The notes beneath the pieces are model-generated. The model did not search any database, was not told where the DNA came from, and saw nothing but the letters and a program-made list of their open reading frames with translations. From Adineta vaga (lineage: Eukaryota; Animalia; Rotifera): a stretch of DNA of 64,000 nucleotides. Where the stretch lies: contig CP075492.1 of assembly GCA_021613535.1 (NCBI GenBank), positions 15,004,001-15,068,000 of the forward strand, in the 5' to 3' direction. The stretch's first letter is position 1. Each line of letters opens with the position of its first letter. The translations under genes were made by a program, and so were the position numbers. Shown piece by piece: positions 39,991-53,506 of the stretch.

Positions 39991-40693
39991 AACAAGAATA
40001 TTTATTTAGAAATTTCTATTTTTAACCGAAAACAAATACTAAATATTTTCTTGCTTGCTTATTCTCACTCAAAACTATTTGAAATAAATTGATTTATCAT
40101 TGCTTCTGAGAATGCGAGTATGACTATTTTGTCTTCTCATACATTCGCACACAAGCTAGAAGTATTTCTAAAATCTCAGTTAGATTATTCATAGAATATT
40201 AAAAAGATTACAATAAAAATACTACTTTAGTTATCAACAATGATCTTCATTTTAATCAGATATTCTACCCAACAGATGATCTTTCAATATAACATTCTCG
40301 CCGTATCAAAGCATCTTATTGTTGTTATTTGCTAAATTTTATAACGACGTTTGAAAAGATGAAAAATCAGTAGTATAACATCACAACGTTCTGTGCTGCT
40401 TTTGCATTAGGGAAAAACGATTTTTCTCAATTCTAATTACCAACAAGTTATCGACAGCTGTGACAAATTGTTCAAGAACAAGCCAATTAACTATTCGGTG
40501 TCACATCATACCTGGAATTTCTCAGACAAACAGAAAAGGACATGAAATGTGTGAACAATTGTTTTCATGACCAATTAACACCATGTCGAGATGACCTGGA
40601 CGAAATGTCAAGGAAGAAATAATTTCTTCTCCTGTAAATAGGCATTCTATCTACTGAGTCGAATCAGTCAAGTTCATCTTACTTCTTTCAATA

Positions 40694-41366
40694 ATGATCG
40701 CTCAATGGTTGATAATATTAGTATTACTTTCATCTTTACAACTGATTTCCTCCCGTCTTGTGGGTAAGTAATTTCCAATAAACTGTTGTAATCAAGTGAA
40801 ATTTACGTTATCATATATTCTCTTGTTCTGATTAATATGATAGGGCGTATATTTTTTCAATTTTAGATCTCGATGAATATGTTAAAGGTGAAGAGATCAA
40901 AGAAGATCGATTTGGAATTGCCAATTCTTTTCTCTATCGGTTGACGAATAAATATTCCGGTACGAATCGTACCTTAGAAGCTATTATTCTTGGTGACAAG
41001 GCGGATGGTATTGAAATGAGTCCAATCCGCAGATATGGTACTGAGTACTGGCGGTTTATTCGTTTAGGAAAAAACAAATATAGAATACAAAATCTTGTGT
41101 ATGACGATGAAAAGTCACTGGATATTATTAACGATAAAATGAGAAATAGATTACGCATGAGCAAAACAGCTGAGGTTACCGGACAATACTGGCATCTGAC
41201 ACGTTTGAATGATGGCTCATTTCGATTAAGCAACGACTTTTCAGGTAGAAATATGGCTTTGGATGTTCAAACTGATACTCATAAACCTAGAATGTTCTCG
41301 AACACTGTTGATTATCTTGGACAACATTGGACGATCACAAAGGTTGGAAAGTACAGTCGTTATTAA
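40694..41366 (+). CDS. Secreted ricin-B-type (beta-trefoil) lectin; exons 40694-40763 and 40868-41366
   Basis: Signal peptide MIAQWLIILVLLSSLQLISS; three (Q/E)xW repeats: YRLTN..EYWRF, YRIQN..SLDI..GQYW, FRLSN..ALDV..GQHW. Confidence 0.8.
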
Positions 41367-41469
41367 TTATCTTGTTATCATTCTTCGATTTAATCCAGCT
41401 CATTGAACTTTGAAAAATATTTGTACTAAATAAAATTAACATAGGCTTAATCTTTGTTTTTTTTTCTCA

Positions 41470-41563
41470 TGAGGATGTGTGGGTATGAATGGGTACAGAC
41501 TTCAGTTATGATAAATAAGGTATATCCTACTACTAGCGAAAGCGCTTGTTTACACTCATACTC
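41470..41563. repeat. TGAGGGTG-family hairpin remnant
   Basis: tgaggatgtgtgggtatgaatgggta...tacactcatactcc. Confidence 0.45.
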
Positions 41564-41799
41564 CATTTGTTCGTGCAAATTGAATCAAACAAATGGTAGT
41601 TATTATTTATATAGTTATTGTGTCCTTCAGTAGAGACAGTAAATTCACAAAATCTGAAGCCTGACTTGTGTAGAAGTTTTTATTTTTTCTCATTTGTAAA
41701 AGAAACAATCCTTGATAAAATAACACTGAGAACACGAGTATAGAGAAAGATAAGAATCAGAAGAGTAATCTAACACACCCTCGTTAAATATTCATCACT

Positions 41800-42939
41800 A
41801 TGCACGTTTGGCTTCTAATATTCGTATCTGTGGTAGTTCTACCAGCTCAAGGTCTGAGAACATTTGGTATTGGGCGCTCTTCACAATGGCTGTATCCGAA
41901 TGAGGTGAATACATCTATGAGAATATATCTCGAAATACATGTCTTATTCTAGTCGGAAATTTTTAATTATACGTTGAGTGCACGTTCATCATGGGGAGTT
42001 ATGACGCATTTTTGGGTGACAGGAGATCCAGGTAAAAAAATCGATCGTCTTCTTCAAGTTTATGTTAGAACTGCTATATGTCTTGTCATTTAGCAATTGA
42101 TCTATCGACATTTTCTTATTATATTGATGGTGAAAAAGTTCCATCGATTGAATTCATAAGTTATATGGTAGCTGGTGCTGGTTTTAACGATCAAACAGCA
42201 CCATGGGGTACAAAGTGGATGGGTAAAGGAGCCAAAGGTGGTGCTTGGTACAATAATTTGTAAGTTATTATAGTTCTTGACCGCTTCTAGTTGATTATAT
42301 GATAGTCGAGTACCTTTTCAAAAATCGATTCGAATATCTGGTCGTCTACCGGCTGATATAACTGATAGAAAAATGATTTGGATTATTGTACGTGGTACAG
42401 AAAATTTAACAACTTCATTTCATGGTTTTGAACTTCCATCGAATGCACGATTAACTTTACATAAAATTGAAAATAAAACATACGAACCTTTTGCATGGGT
42501 TCGTGTTGTCGATATTCCAAGTGGTGAAGGTCTTCTCCTTTCACATACTTTAGCAGTTACTAGTGGAAATTTGGAATTTCTTGAAGGATGCTATCATGCT
42601 TATCCTGATTATCAACAACCATTTCCTGGTGTCATCATCGCGACTGGCACAGAAGATTATTTTGATAGTGCTTTCTACTTCAATGGTGGACAATTTCATT
42701 TTGAAGTTTCGGGTTATACACATTTTCAACAAGTGTCTAATAATACTTTAGAATGGTCTGCTTATCGAATGCATGATCTCGATCCAATCTTTTTCGATAA
42801 CGGTTTTCGTTTTGAATGGAGAAATGGTGATGTTCTTGACGAGCGAGGCTTCAAATGTCTTGTCTATGGAAATGGAAATTCCATTGGATCACCCACAACA
42901 TCAATCGTTACTTCCTATGCATGGATTTACACTTGGTAG
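41800..42939 (+). CDS. Secreted DUF2961 (GH172-related) protein, 4 exons
   Basis: Signal peptide; GVMTHFWVTG; YYIDGEKVPSI; NFRVPFQKSIRI; FLEGC; TGTEDYFDSAFYF; SAYRMHDLDPIFF. Confidence 0.8.
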
Positions 42940-43786
42940 TGGAGAAGAACAAACACTGATTTTTATTTTAACAGAAACTTTATAGAACTAGTTACAATCA
43001 TATTCGTGTAGACGATGAATAGACTCTGCATTTTTACTAAATAAATATGTTCATGACAAACGATTTTCTAACCGTTAAGTTGGTTTATTGTCACTTGTAT
43101 TTTTTTACTATGAAAAATCCAGTATTTTACATCGTAAACCTAAGAGAAAGAGAAAGATTTCGTATCAAATACTCTTATTATTTAAATTAATATAATTAAA
43201 ATGATAAAAAAGATATTGGAAGTTCATCATCTTTCACCTTCGATATGTGGTTGTTCATAAGAAATATCGAGAACGATATTGTTCTAGTCATTATTGCAGC
43301 TGATTATTGGATGGCTATGAAAGGATGAGAATGTAGGTGATGAAATGCATTCTTTACTTCTTCACCACGCACTCTAACATCCTTTAATATAAAATACGAA
43401 ACGTACAAAATATAATGAGGCACTGTGTGTGCTCACATCGTTGTATCCACATTTCTTCCTGAAGAATTTATTTCCGAAAAAACTTTTGAACTATAGTTGC
43501 ATATTGTTATAACACATCGGTTCTTTTTATCTGACTTTTAAAAAGAAAATTCTAGCCTTTTCTATAAAAGGATATGAACGTACCGTACGTAATTATATAT
43601 TTGCGAATCTTTTCTGGTATCACAAAGATAATTTAGCGAGAAAAAGATTCACCTCATCTACTATCCTCAGTTTTTCTAGTTAAAAATAATGAGAAAATGA
43701 CTTTCTATCTTCTCTCATTTACTTCATTTAACAAAACATCGAGTAAACGCTTACTTTTTAGACTTTACCTCCATTAGAAATATCAA

Positions 43787-44797
43787 ATGTCATCATCAAC
43801 TATTGATTATTTGAATTATATCAGCAAACAGATCAATCTCTATGTTGCTTCATTCTTTTATATTTCTGGTGTTCTCAGCAATCTTTTATGTGTTCTCATA
43901 TTTCTTTCGATGAAACGATTAAAAAATAATCCAGCATCAATTTATCTTCTAGTCGCATCTCTTGGTAATTTAGTATTATTCAATACTTCTTTTCTCTCTC
44001 GTCTTATTCTGCCGAATTTTAATTTCGATCCATCATCAACATCAATCGTCTGGTGCAAATTACGACAATATCTTGGTCATGCATCCTCTCTCACATCTCT
44101 ATTCTGTACTGCTTGGGCAATGATCGATCAATATCTACTTACATCAGTAAATGTTCGTTTTCGTCAATCTTCGACAGTGAAAATGGCTTGTCATTTAGTC
44201 TGGCTTACTCTTCTCTCGTCGGTTTTACATTCTATACCTTTGATTATCTATAATCAACTTGGTGTTTCGAGAACTACTAACATGACTTCATGCTCACTTT
44301 CCGGTAATTCTGGCTATCAAAGTTACATCGCATATTTCGTTACACCTTTCCTACTTGGTATCATTCCTACATTTATCATGATCGTCTTTGCTATCTTAGC
44401 ATATGCAAATATCAATTATCTACATCAAGAACAAATGCGAACACAAATTCAGCAACAATTAACACGAATGGTCACTGCACAAGCTATATTTGTTCTTATT
44501 GGTATGATCGCATACACAGCACAGACAATTTACAGTTTACTAAGTGCATCCACGACGAAAACTTCTCTTTATCGAGCACAAGAAAATTTTGCTCTTACCA
44601 TTACTGGAATTCTTAGCTATATAGGTTATGCATTTAATTTCTATATCTATATGACAGTTTCTCCATCACTTCGAAAGCAATTCAAACAATTGATGAAAAA
44701 ATATTTACGTTATCTCATGTGTCATTGTCCTTGTATCATGGCCACGAATCGAACTGCTACTGTTCATAGTATTAATCATAGCTTTCGACCAACATAA
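43787..44797 (+). CDS. Rhodopsin-like 7TM GPCR, intronless
   Basis: Seven hydrophobic segments; GVLSNLL; NPASIYL; WCKLRQY; MIDQY (DRY-like); FYIYMTVSPSLR. Confidence 0.9.
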   Translation: MSSSTIDYLNYISKQINLYVASFFYISGVLSNLLCVLIFLSMKRLKNNPASIYLLVASLGNLVLFNTSFLSRLILPNFNFDPSSTSIVWCKLRQYLGHASSLTSLFCTAWAMIDQYLLTSVNVRFRQSSTVKMACHLVWLTLLSSVLHSIPLIIYNQLGVSRTTNMTSCSLSGNSGYQSYIAYFVTPFLLGIIPTFIMIVFAILAYANINYLHQEQMRTQIQQQLTRMVTAQAIFVLIGMIAYTAQTIYSLLSASTTKTSLYRAQENFALTITGILSYIGYAFNFYIYMTVSPSLRKQFKQLMKKYLRYLMCHCPCIMATNRTATVHSINHSFRPT

Positions 44798-45200
44798 TTG
44801 AAGTTTTTAAATGTACTAAATATTCGTTTTTCTTTGAAACATTGTGTATGTGTTTATGTGATCAGTTAGAACTTAAAATAAAGTCTAAAAAAAGATGATA
44901 GTACGTCGTAATTACACAATAATGCCCACGGTTATATCGAAGAGAACGAGAAAAAAAGAATAGGTAGAGGTCTTTCAATATATGTAATCACATTTTTATC
45001 ATTTAAAGTAACTATTATGACTACAGCGAATATATTTCATCACACTCTCGGCGTTTATATTTATTTTACATCTATAATTCAAAAGAAGAGAAAAAGTATA
45101 AAAATAATACTATTTATCAATCTTTTATAAGGATCATTATTTGGATATTGTGATTGTTGGCACTCATCTGTAAATTAGGAATATTCTGAATTATTACATT

Positions 45201-45460
45201 ATAGTTGAATCCCATGCCGGTACTCGGCCACTGAATCAAACATTTACAATGGTCGATGCTGGTTTTAAATTAACACATTCAATTCATAGTTATCTTAGAA
45301 ATCATCGAAGTTTACTTCATCGATTAGCTTTTCTGAATACACTTGGGATTTATTTATTATCATTAAAATTCAATCATATACGTTGACCATTGGCAAGGTC
45401 GACCAGGATTGATTTTTGTTGAAACAGGTATGTTTGTGACACGATTTGTATGTGAATGGA
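45201..45460. repeat. Dispersed repeat, second copy at 51048-51131
   Basis: tagttgaatcccatgccg and tcgaccaggattgatt...aggtatgttt...atgg are shared; this copy carries ~180 extra bp. Confidence 0.7.
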
Positions 45461-45665
45461 GGGTGAGTACGGACGAGGCATGATGGGTGTACGGGATCGA
45501 TGTGACTCACATTTTTACATGTGATTCTTTCCCACACCCTTTTTAATACTTCCTCTTTATTTATGATCTAGGTATTAGCATGTCGATAAAAGAAGAGATG
45601 TTTATACTCTCATTGACACAACGACAACAACAACAACAACATTTACAATAAAAGTAAAAATAAAT

Positions 45666-46667
45666 TCATTCTTTAGCTGTGACATGTTTTTGTTCCACGA
45701 AGTTCACTATAGCGGTATTAAAAGGCACCACTCGATTATGATGAATTAATTTTAAAATCATATTTTTCAATTGTGGTGTAAATATAAATAATGATAAACT
45801 TGATCCTATCATTGTTATACTTATAAAAGGCCAAATAAGTCGAAAAGCAAGAAAATATTCTTCACCGGTTATATGTGACATTATTAAGAACGTTATTGGT
45901 GCTATTCCAAGAATAACTAATACACCTATAGTTATAAGAATACGTTGAAAAACTTGAAAATCTCGTTGTTGATTTTGTTGAATAGTTAATGTTAGATTCT
46001 TTGATTGTTGTCGACGAAGAAATATTATGATACGTAAATAGATTAGCGATAATATCGAAAGTGGAATTCCATATATACCAAATGCAAGCCAGAATATCCC
46101 TCGAGTATGTGTGAATTTGACATAACAATAATACTCGTTGGTTAGATAAACAATTCCATGCCAAAAAAGAAGTGGACATAAAATAATACAACTAAAAATC
46201 AATTCAACAAGTGATAAACTTATATGAAACCAGAACGATTGAAGATATCTATATTTTGGGTAAACAATTCGACAAAGACGAAATACAGCCTATGGAAATT
46301 TAATGAAATTCATAAGTTTTTCTTGTCTTTGAAAGTAGATAATTACCTGATTGATAAAAGCCCAATAAAACATATTGAGAAAAACATAAGATACATAACC
46401 AATAGGAATGCATGCTGATGAATTAAAATCTTTTTCGTATAAATCACCGAGAAGTGTTTGAATATGGAATGAAATCGCGATTATTACGAAGAGAAGGATC
46501 ACAGGATAAATAGTTAAACAAACACAAAAAATGACTCGATCTTCTTGTTTTGGATTTTTATAAAAGATATTATAAATAATAATCAACAAAATACATAGGA
46601 CAATCGAACATGTACATAGATCAGTGATTAATGTAAACATGTTGAGTATAAACGCAATCGTATTCAT
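45666..46667 (-). CDS. 7TM GPCR-like protein (exons 46667-46347 and 46289-45666)
   Basis: Splice gives FYWAFINQ/AVFRLCRIVYP; EYYCYV; IYGIPL; YLRI; QRDFQVFQRI; FIFTPQLK. Confidence 0.85.
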
Positions 46668-47533
46668 TATTATTCGTATCACTATTGTTAATATGAGAAA
46701 AAAATTAGAATTTATTGAGTATAGAAACACACCTGCAGGTATTTATGTATAGAAAATACTTTGAATGAATATACTTAATCTTTTAAATCTTCTTAAGAAT
46801 TTTTCATTTCCTTTTAATTATTGAGTATAATTATCTTTTTATATCTACTCGGTGTAAAACCGTCGCTTGCATGCTCTATATGCATGTTGTTGATTTTCCT
46901 CATCTGACGGAGACGTCTATTCATCACCAAATACTTGCTGTTGCGTTCTGTTGTTTGATGGCTGAATATATAAACGTATATTTTGTATCAGAATGGATGC
47001 AACGCATATTAAAGAGGATAAAATAATTTTTTTTCGGAAAAATGTCAGAAATTTGTTTCTTATGAAGAAACTTCCTATAGAGGAGGAAAACAGACTTTTG
47101 CACTTCTCGTACTTCATTTAACTTCTCTGTATTCTGCCGTATCAATTTTTTATGAGTACGTTTATCTCATGTGAATATTGTTAGCATGGCATCAGTTCTT
47201 AATACTTGAAGAAAAAATAAAAAGATTTGATTCGTTCTTCAAATAAACCTTTTTTTCTTGTTATTACTCCATTTTATTACATTGATTCTTTTTGAATTCA
47301 CTATGATATATGAATCCGCCTCCTTTGGTTTATTGTCGCATTAAATACTAGATATTAGAGAAAGAAAACTCAAGCATGAAAATGTAAAAATGTTCCACTT
47401 CGATCAAGAACACAAGTCCATATAGACTAAATTTTCCTCTCTGTCGAATATATTGATAAATATAATTTGTTTTGCAATGTTCTTTTTCACTCTTTAAATC
47501 GACACAATTCTGAAATATTTTCAATATTTGATC

Positions 47534-48195
47534 ATGGGTTACATGAATTTCGGTCCAAGAATTTTTCGTCCCAAACTTTCGGCCCAGTCCGAAATTCCGG
47601 TGACATTTCGGTCAAGGGATGGAAAATTAACGAAATTTCGGTCCAATTCTTAATTAAATTAGATTTAATTAATTATCAGTTAGTAACTTCATAGTGCTGA
47701 GCAGTATGAATGTCAAGAGAATCATCTATGCTAAAATTGACATATTTACTTAATTTTACAAAGCAGTTTCTCTATCAAACAATTAAACCATATGTGCATA
47801 TACTATTCAGAAAAACAATACATGCAACGAACAATACTTTTGTATGATAAAAATGTACTCGTTTTATTGAGCTTTGTATCATTTTTTTTTCATCTCTTTT
47901 TCCAGTATAAATGTGAAAGAATTTTAAAATTAATCAAGCATTTCTAATAATAATTTTACCACTAAAACTACCAATTCTTTAAGAACTTTGTATCATACTG
48001 CTTAGCACTATGCATTTTGAAATTCATGTTGCTCAGCACCCTCAAGTCACTAATTGATAATTAATTAGATCTAATTTAATTAAGAATTGGGCCGAAATTT
48101 CGTTAATTTTTCGGCCCTGAACCGAAATGCTAACGGAATTTCGGACTGGGCCGAAGAATTTCTGGACCGAAATTCCGGGTTCCCTATAAACCCAT
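47534..48195. mobile_element. Non-autonomous foldback/MITE with long terminal inverted repeats
   Basis: 47545-47715 (gaatttcggtcc...ttcggcccagtccgaaattcc...aattaacgaaatttcggtccaattcttaattaaattagat...gtgctgagca) is the reverse complement of 48020-48175; non-coding AT-rich interior. Confidence 0.88.
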
Positions 48196-48725
48196 CATAC
48201 AAGCCAAAATTCACCCTCAAAGCTCATAGCCACACACACCGCGTCACCCAACGACTCCATTCTGATCCTTACTCTACCCTCACTCAATCTCAAGATGGTA
48301 CAGAAACAGGTGCTCGTAATCAAACTGATCTGCAAACACTTTTTTCATGGGAATGATGAAATCGCATAGTTATCCTCACACGATAGTACACACAAATTTT
48401 CATGGATTGCCAATTGATTTTACTGCGAAAAATATCGTTTATTTGAGTAGAATTTAGTCTGATATCACTGGAAAATCTATCATAGTCGAAGTCTAAATAA
48501 TGAAATACAATTTAATGATATTATCAATGGTATGCGTCGATGTGATAGGTACGCTCTGATGTGAAGTAGAATAATTTCGAGAATGATTACCTTAATCAGA
48601 AATTAGTTCATTTCCTTCTTAATCTAAATGAACATATGAATTTATTATGTTTATTTGATTTATTTTAGAAAGATACAATTTCATTAACAAATCGATCTAT
48701 AAACCATAATACAATAATTCGTTTA

Positions 48726-50551
48726 TTACTTTCGATCTTTCGGATGCTCGACGTAGTCAGCTTGTGGGAAAAATATTCGAATTCTATCTCTTGATGTAGA
48801 GGACGGCTTGGATGTATGTATTATTTGTAATCTAGAGCAATTGTCACTTGATCGGTGTTGATTTTGAGCAATTAGTGTGAACAACATATCTTTATCGATA
48901 GCAAGTTCAATTAGAGAAGGAAGATGAATTTCGAATAGAAATAGTTCAGTATAGTCCATGTGGCTATCGTATAAAATGAGTACAGTTAAATGCGGAAAGA
49001 TAATGTTAATTTTTGTTGTGGCGCATTTCTCTCGTCGTTCAAGAGGATTAATTATTTCAAGTGTTTGAAGACGAGGTAGAACTTGAGCAATACGTTCAAA
49101 AAAAGCATTTTCGAAAGATTTGACATCATCGAAAAGTAATAAAATCGTAACATTTGAAAAAGTAGAACACTTATCAAGCAATGAAAATTGATTTGAAACG
49201 AAATCGAGTCGAGTACCAATAAATGGAAGTGAATAAATTTGATATTGTCCATAATCATTATTGAAATGATCGATGACATAATGAAATAATTGTTGTCGTT
49301 TGAGAAAACTTCGAAGAATCTGATCAATTGTTGTCTGAGATACATTTTTGAATATTGAGCGAATATGAAAATGAAACTGTTGTAAATTAGGCATATATCG
49401 ATAAATATTTTTTTCTGAAAATAATCGTTCAAGAAAAGCAATGGGTGCTCTTTGTGTTTCGTCTATAGCTAATATTAATGTTAAATATTCGACACTGGAT
49501 AATCGTTCAAGAAGATGAAGACATACTTCGTAATGTTTAAAATTACGATACATTTTGATTGTGAAATGTTTCAAATTCGAACATGAGATCTAAACGAACC
49601 AATTGTTTCATATATCAAGTCGAGAAATATTACCTACCGATTGAATTTCAGTGCTAAATGTTCCTGCATTTTCATAGACCATTGCTGCTGTAACTGTCAA
49701 CGAACGAAGTTGAGAGCCCAACTGAACTAATAAACCAAAACATTGCTCGAAATTCCAGAAAGATATACTAATATGAGTTAGCTGAATTGCTTCAGGAATA
49801 CGAAATTGATCACCAGTAATTGATCTACTTAACAGACAATTTTCATCAAGTTCGAAGGATTGAATTTGACGCATTAGTGGTGAATGTAGTAGAGTAAATA
49901 GATCACCATCAAAAGTTTCTTTAAGCAGTAGAAGATATTGTGGAACAATTGGAAGTAATGGTTTGCGCATTTCAGGATAATACATGTGATAATTGACTAG
50001 AATAAAACGTAACAAGATCTTTTGATTCATCTATATTTAATGATACTATGAGGAAAGGTTTTTGATGTGTTAAAAGGAATTTTAAAATCTTGAAATTTTT
50101 CAAAACTTTCCTCTCGTTTGTTTTTGAATAATAGAAACCATCATAGTTTACCTATGGTAAAGGGTACGCCTGTTTTTAAACGTTTAACACTCAGCATAAT
50201 TTTCAAATGTGTAAGATTTTTAAGAGCTTTATTATCATTCTCTTTCAAATAATTTCTAATAGACCTAATGTGACAGAGATCAATTGTTAACGATTGAATA
50301 TTATTGTTTATATAAGGCAGAACTATAGAATAAAATCGTTCCATCAATAATTTATGTGGTGCACCAGGATAATCAAAAGTTAAATCAATTGAATCACATC
50401 CATCGAATACAAGTTGTTTCAAACGATTATTACCAATATCAATCATAGAACAAAATAGTAAGACTTGAGGATGAATCTTCTTGATAATAGCCAATAGTAA
50501 TTCATCAGATAAATCAAGTAATTGAACGGCATCTTCAATGCAAAAAGTCAT
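48726..50551 (-). CDS. F-box protein with LRR-like repeats (3 exons)
   Basis: N-terminal LLDLSDELLLAIIKKI F-box; LQQFHFHI; IYSLPF; FFERIAQVLPRLQTLEI; FPHLTVL; LPSLIEL. Confidence 0.8.
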
Positions 50552-51047
50552 TCAAATGAAACCTAGTGTAAAATATGACACATACTCATATTTGATAAAT
50601 TATTCATTGTTGGTATGTTGTGTTGTCATTGAGAGATATCAGTCATATTTGTTTATATGGCGTAAATTTTTTCTTCAGTTCGTTTGTTTACCTGTTTATT
50701 CTTTTACGTATGATAGACATCATATTGTCTAAATCAGAACCAATAGTTGATGATCAATGAATAAAAGAAAGAAAAATGATTTTTTGACAAACAAAAGTTG
50801 CAAATGAACTAATAATAATATGAGAATACTTCCATCACGATATGTTATAGTAGAGGATTTTAAATATTTATATTAAAATCATGACTAACGAATATAGTTC
50901 ATCATTCTTTCGGTGTCTATATCTGTCCAACAGTGATGATTCAAAAAGCCAGAAGAAACATGAAAATAATATTGTTTATTAATTTTTATATGGATATTAC
51001 GATTACTGACATTAATTTTAATATTAGGAATATTTTGTATTATTGTA

Positions 51048-51131
51048 TTAGTTGAATCCCATGCCGATAATCGACCAGGATTGATTATTATTGAAATAGG
51101 TATGTTTATGATACGACTTGTGTGTGGATGG
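51048..51131. repeat. Shorter copy of the 45201-45460 repeat
   Basis: tagttgaatcccatgccgataatcgaccaggattgatt...tgtgtggatgg. Confidence 0.7.
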
Positions 51132-52013
51132 CTTCCTCAATCGCCTTATTCACCTGAATATCGTTCAAGTAATGATGATTTTCCTGATTCTGTCATCAGT
51201 TGATTTCGTGATCCACAACGATAAGTCAACCACATCAACATGTTAGTTTCTTTTTCTTCTTTAGTGGACATATAGCGCTTGTAAGTCTCTTTCGAATTTA
51301 TTTCAAACGAACAGGTCAATGTCAATCATCATATGCATGTAATATATTCAATCTATTACAAATAATAAGACTACTTGGCACACGAGGACATTATACAATC
51401 GATCTGATTATGGTAATGCATTTATTGGAAATTATATGTATATAGTTTTGTTGATGATGTCGATCAATATTTAACATCATTTATGTTTGTAAAACATTTT
51501 TGAATGTTGAGTAATTTTTTCTGATAGGTATCTCAGTCATGTCATTTTATTGCTATCACAAGTGGATTTCTTAATCATTACTTTTATTAAGACAGTAAAA
51601 GAGAAATTTTAAGGCGAACATATTATTACATGATTTTATGAAAAATAAAAAAAATCGATTTATTTTTTTTACTTGAGTTACTTCCATTCCTCGCATTACA
51701 AACATGATCAAGTTAAAAGAAAAGTAAAAAAGTACATTTTCTTCATACAAGTATAAAGGCATGATTTTACCCTTCAAATCATAGTTGACTCAATAAAATA
51801 TGATTCACATGAAAATTTTTCATTCTAATCAAATGCGTTGTTATGAAATGCACACAACTATTTACATAGCTGCAGCTGACTAATTCTCTTACATAGAATT
51901 ATAATACGATGTTGAATTATCTTTTTTTTCCATATAGAATTTTTTTCCATATATAAAGAGAGCATGCTCAGTACTTCATATTTATATTTCGAGTAAATTC
52001 ATTGTTTGAAGGT

Positions 52014-52989
52014 ATGGCGTCGTTAAAAAAGATATTCATTGATGAAGAACCTCGTAAATCTGGTACTCATATTCCATTTTTTATTATTTGTGTTAGCATT
52101 GTTCAGATTGCATTAGTTATCTATACTATTGTGTATAATAATGGTTTATCTCCAATGTCAGAAAATCCTATGGCTGGACCTTCTAGTACGACACTTATTC
52201 GTAATGGTGCAAAATATGTTCCATGTATGAAAGCAACAGCGGAAGAATCTCTACGTTATACAGTAGTATGTCCATCAGCACTCTCAGCTACGAGCAAAAC
52301 TTGTACGTACGAAGAATATCTTCTGTATGTGTGTAATGTTGACAATCTAAAAGGTTATCCGTATCAATTGTATCGATTTTTTATACCAATATTTTTACAT
52401 GGTGGAATAATTCATCTTATTATAAACTTATTAAATCAATTGGTAGTTGGAATACCATTAGAACGAAAGTTTAGTTCTATTCGTATTGCTATAATATATA
52501 TCGTGTCAGGTATTGGAAGTATCTTACTAAGTGCAGTTGGTCTTCCTCGTAATCGTAAGTATATAATTTGAGAAAAGTATTTTACTATAGTCAAATATTT
52601 TCTATTCTGTTTTAGCTAGCGTTGGAGCATCGGGTGCTTTGTATGGAATTTTTGCTGTTTATCTTATGGATATGATTCGAAATTGGAAAAATCTATCGCA
52701 TCCATGGCTTCGAATAGGTCTTGAAGGTGGCTTTGCTGCTGCCTCATTAATAATAGGTATCTTTGTTCCAATAGTTGACTATATGGCACATATAGGAGGT
52801 TTCATCGTGGGAATTCTTAGTGGTTTAATTATATGTCCTAATTTATATTGGGATATTTGCAAATTCGACAATCCTGTCAAAACCAAATTAATTATTATGG
52901 CGATTTCATCGTTATTTTTGTTAGCATTTTTTCTCGGAGGATTTATCGGATTTTTTCGCTCAACTCCAACTGTTTTTTTATCGAGTTGA
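52014..52989 (+). CDS. Rhomboid intramembrane serine protease (2 exons)
   Basis: NPMAGPSSTTLIRNGAK; YRFFIPIFLHGGIIHLIIN; SVGASGALYG (catalytic Ser); DYMAHIGG (catalytic His). Confidence 0.93.
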
Positions 52990-53506
52990 AAGTGTGTTCT
53001 TTCTCAAATTTTTCATATGTAGTTAGGTCGTTTCAAAATAAACAAGAGATCATTCAAATTTTAAATGAATGTGCCTATTGATGTTCATAACATCTAAATT
53101 TGATCTTTTCGATACATTTGCTATGCACATTAGGATTCATAGCAATTATAGTATTCAATCTAGTGAATAATCCATCGAGATGGCCAGAAATTCGATAAAT
53201 TATGGCATGCCACTGATACCTCATCCTGTGCACTCATACAAAAATTTATACATTCTAAACTATCTTCTGAGTTGCTCTCGAGTAAGAACAGAACAGAACA
53301 GAACTTGTTACAACAACAATTGATTTTTCAATTGTCTACAAACAATTGGACTGAATAATCAATGCTTATATTTTTCGTGCCTCTGTCTCGATGTTGTCGT
53401 TTTCTCTTCACTCATTGGACGCTCTGAAACAAAATCCATCTATGTTTTCAATATAAAAGTAAATGTATATTAACGCCTTGCACTTTTTTTTCACTATTCA
53501 CACAAT

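Noticed and set aside
48087-48356. 89-aa ORF (and 47467-47694)
   Set aside because: They lie in the inverted-repeat arms of a non-coding foldback element; no protein motif.
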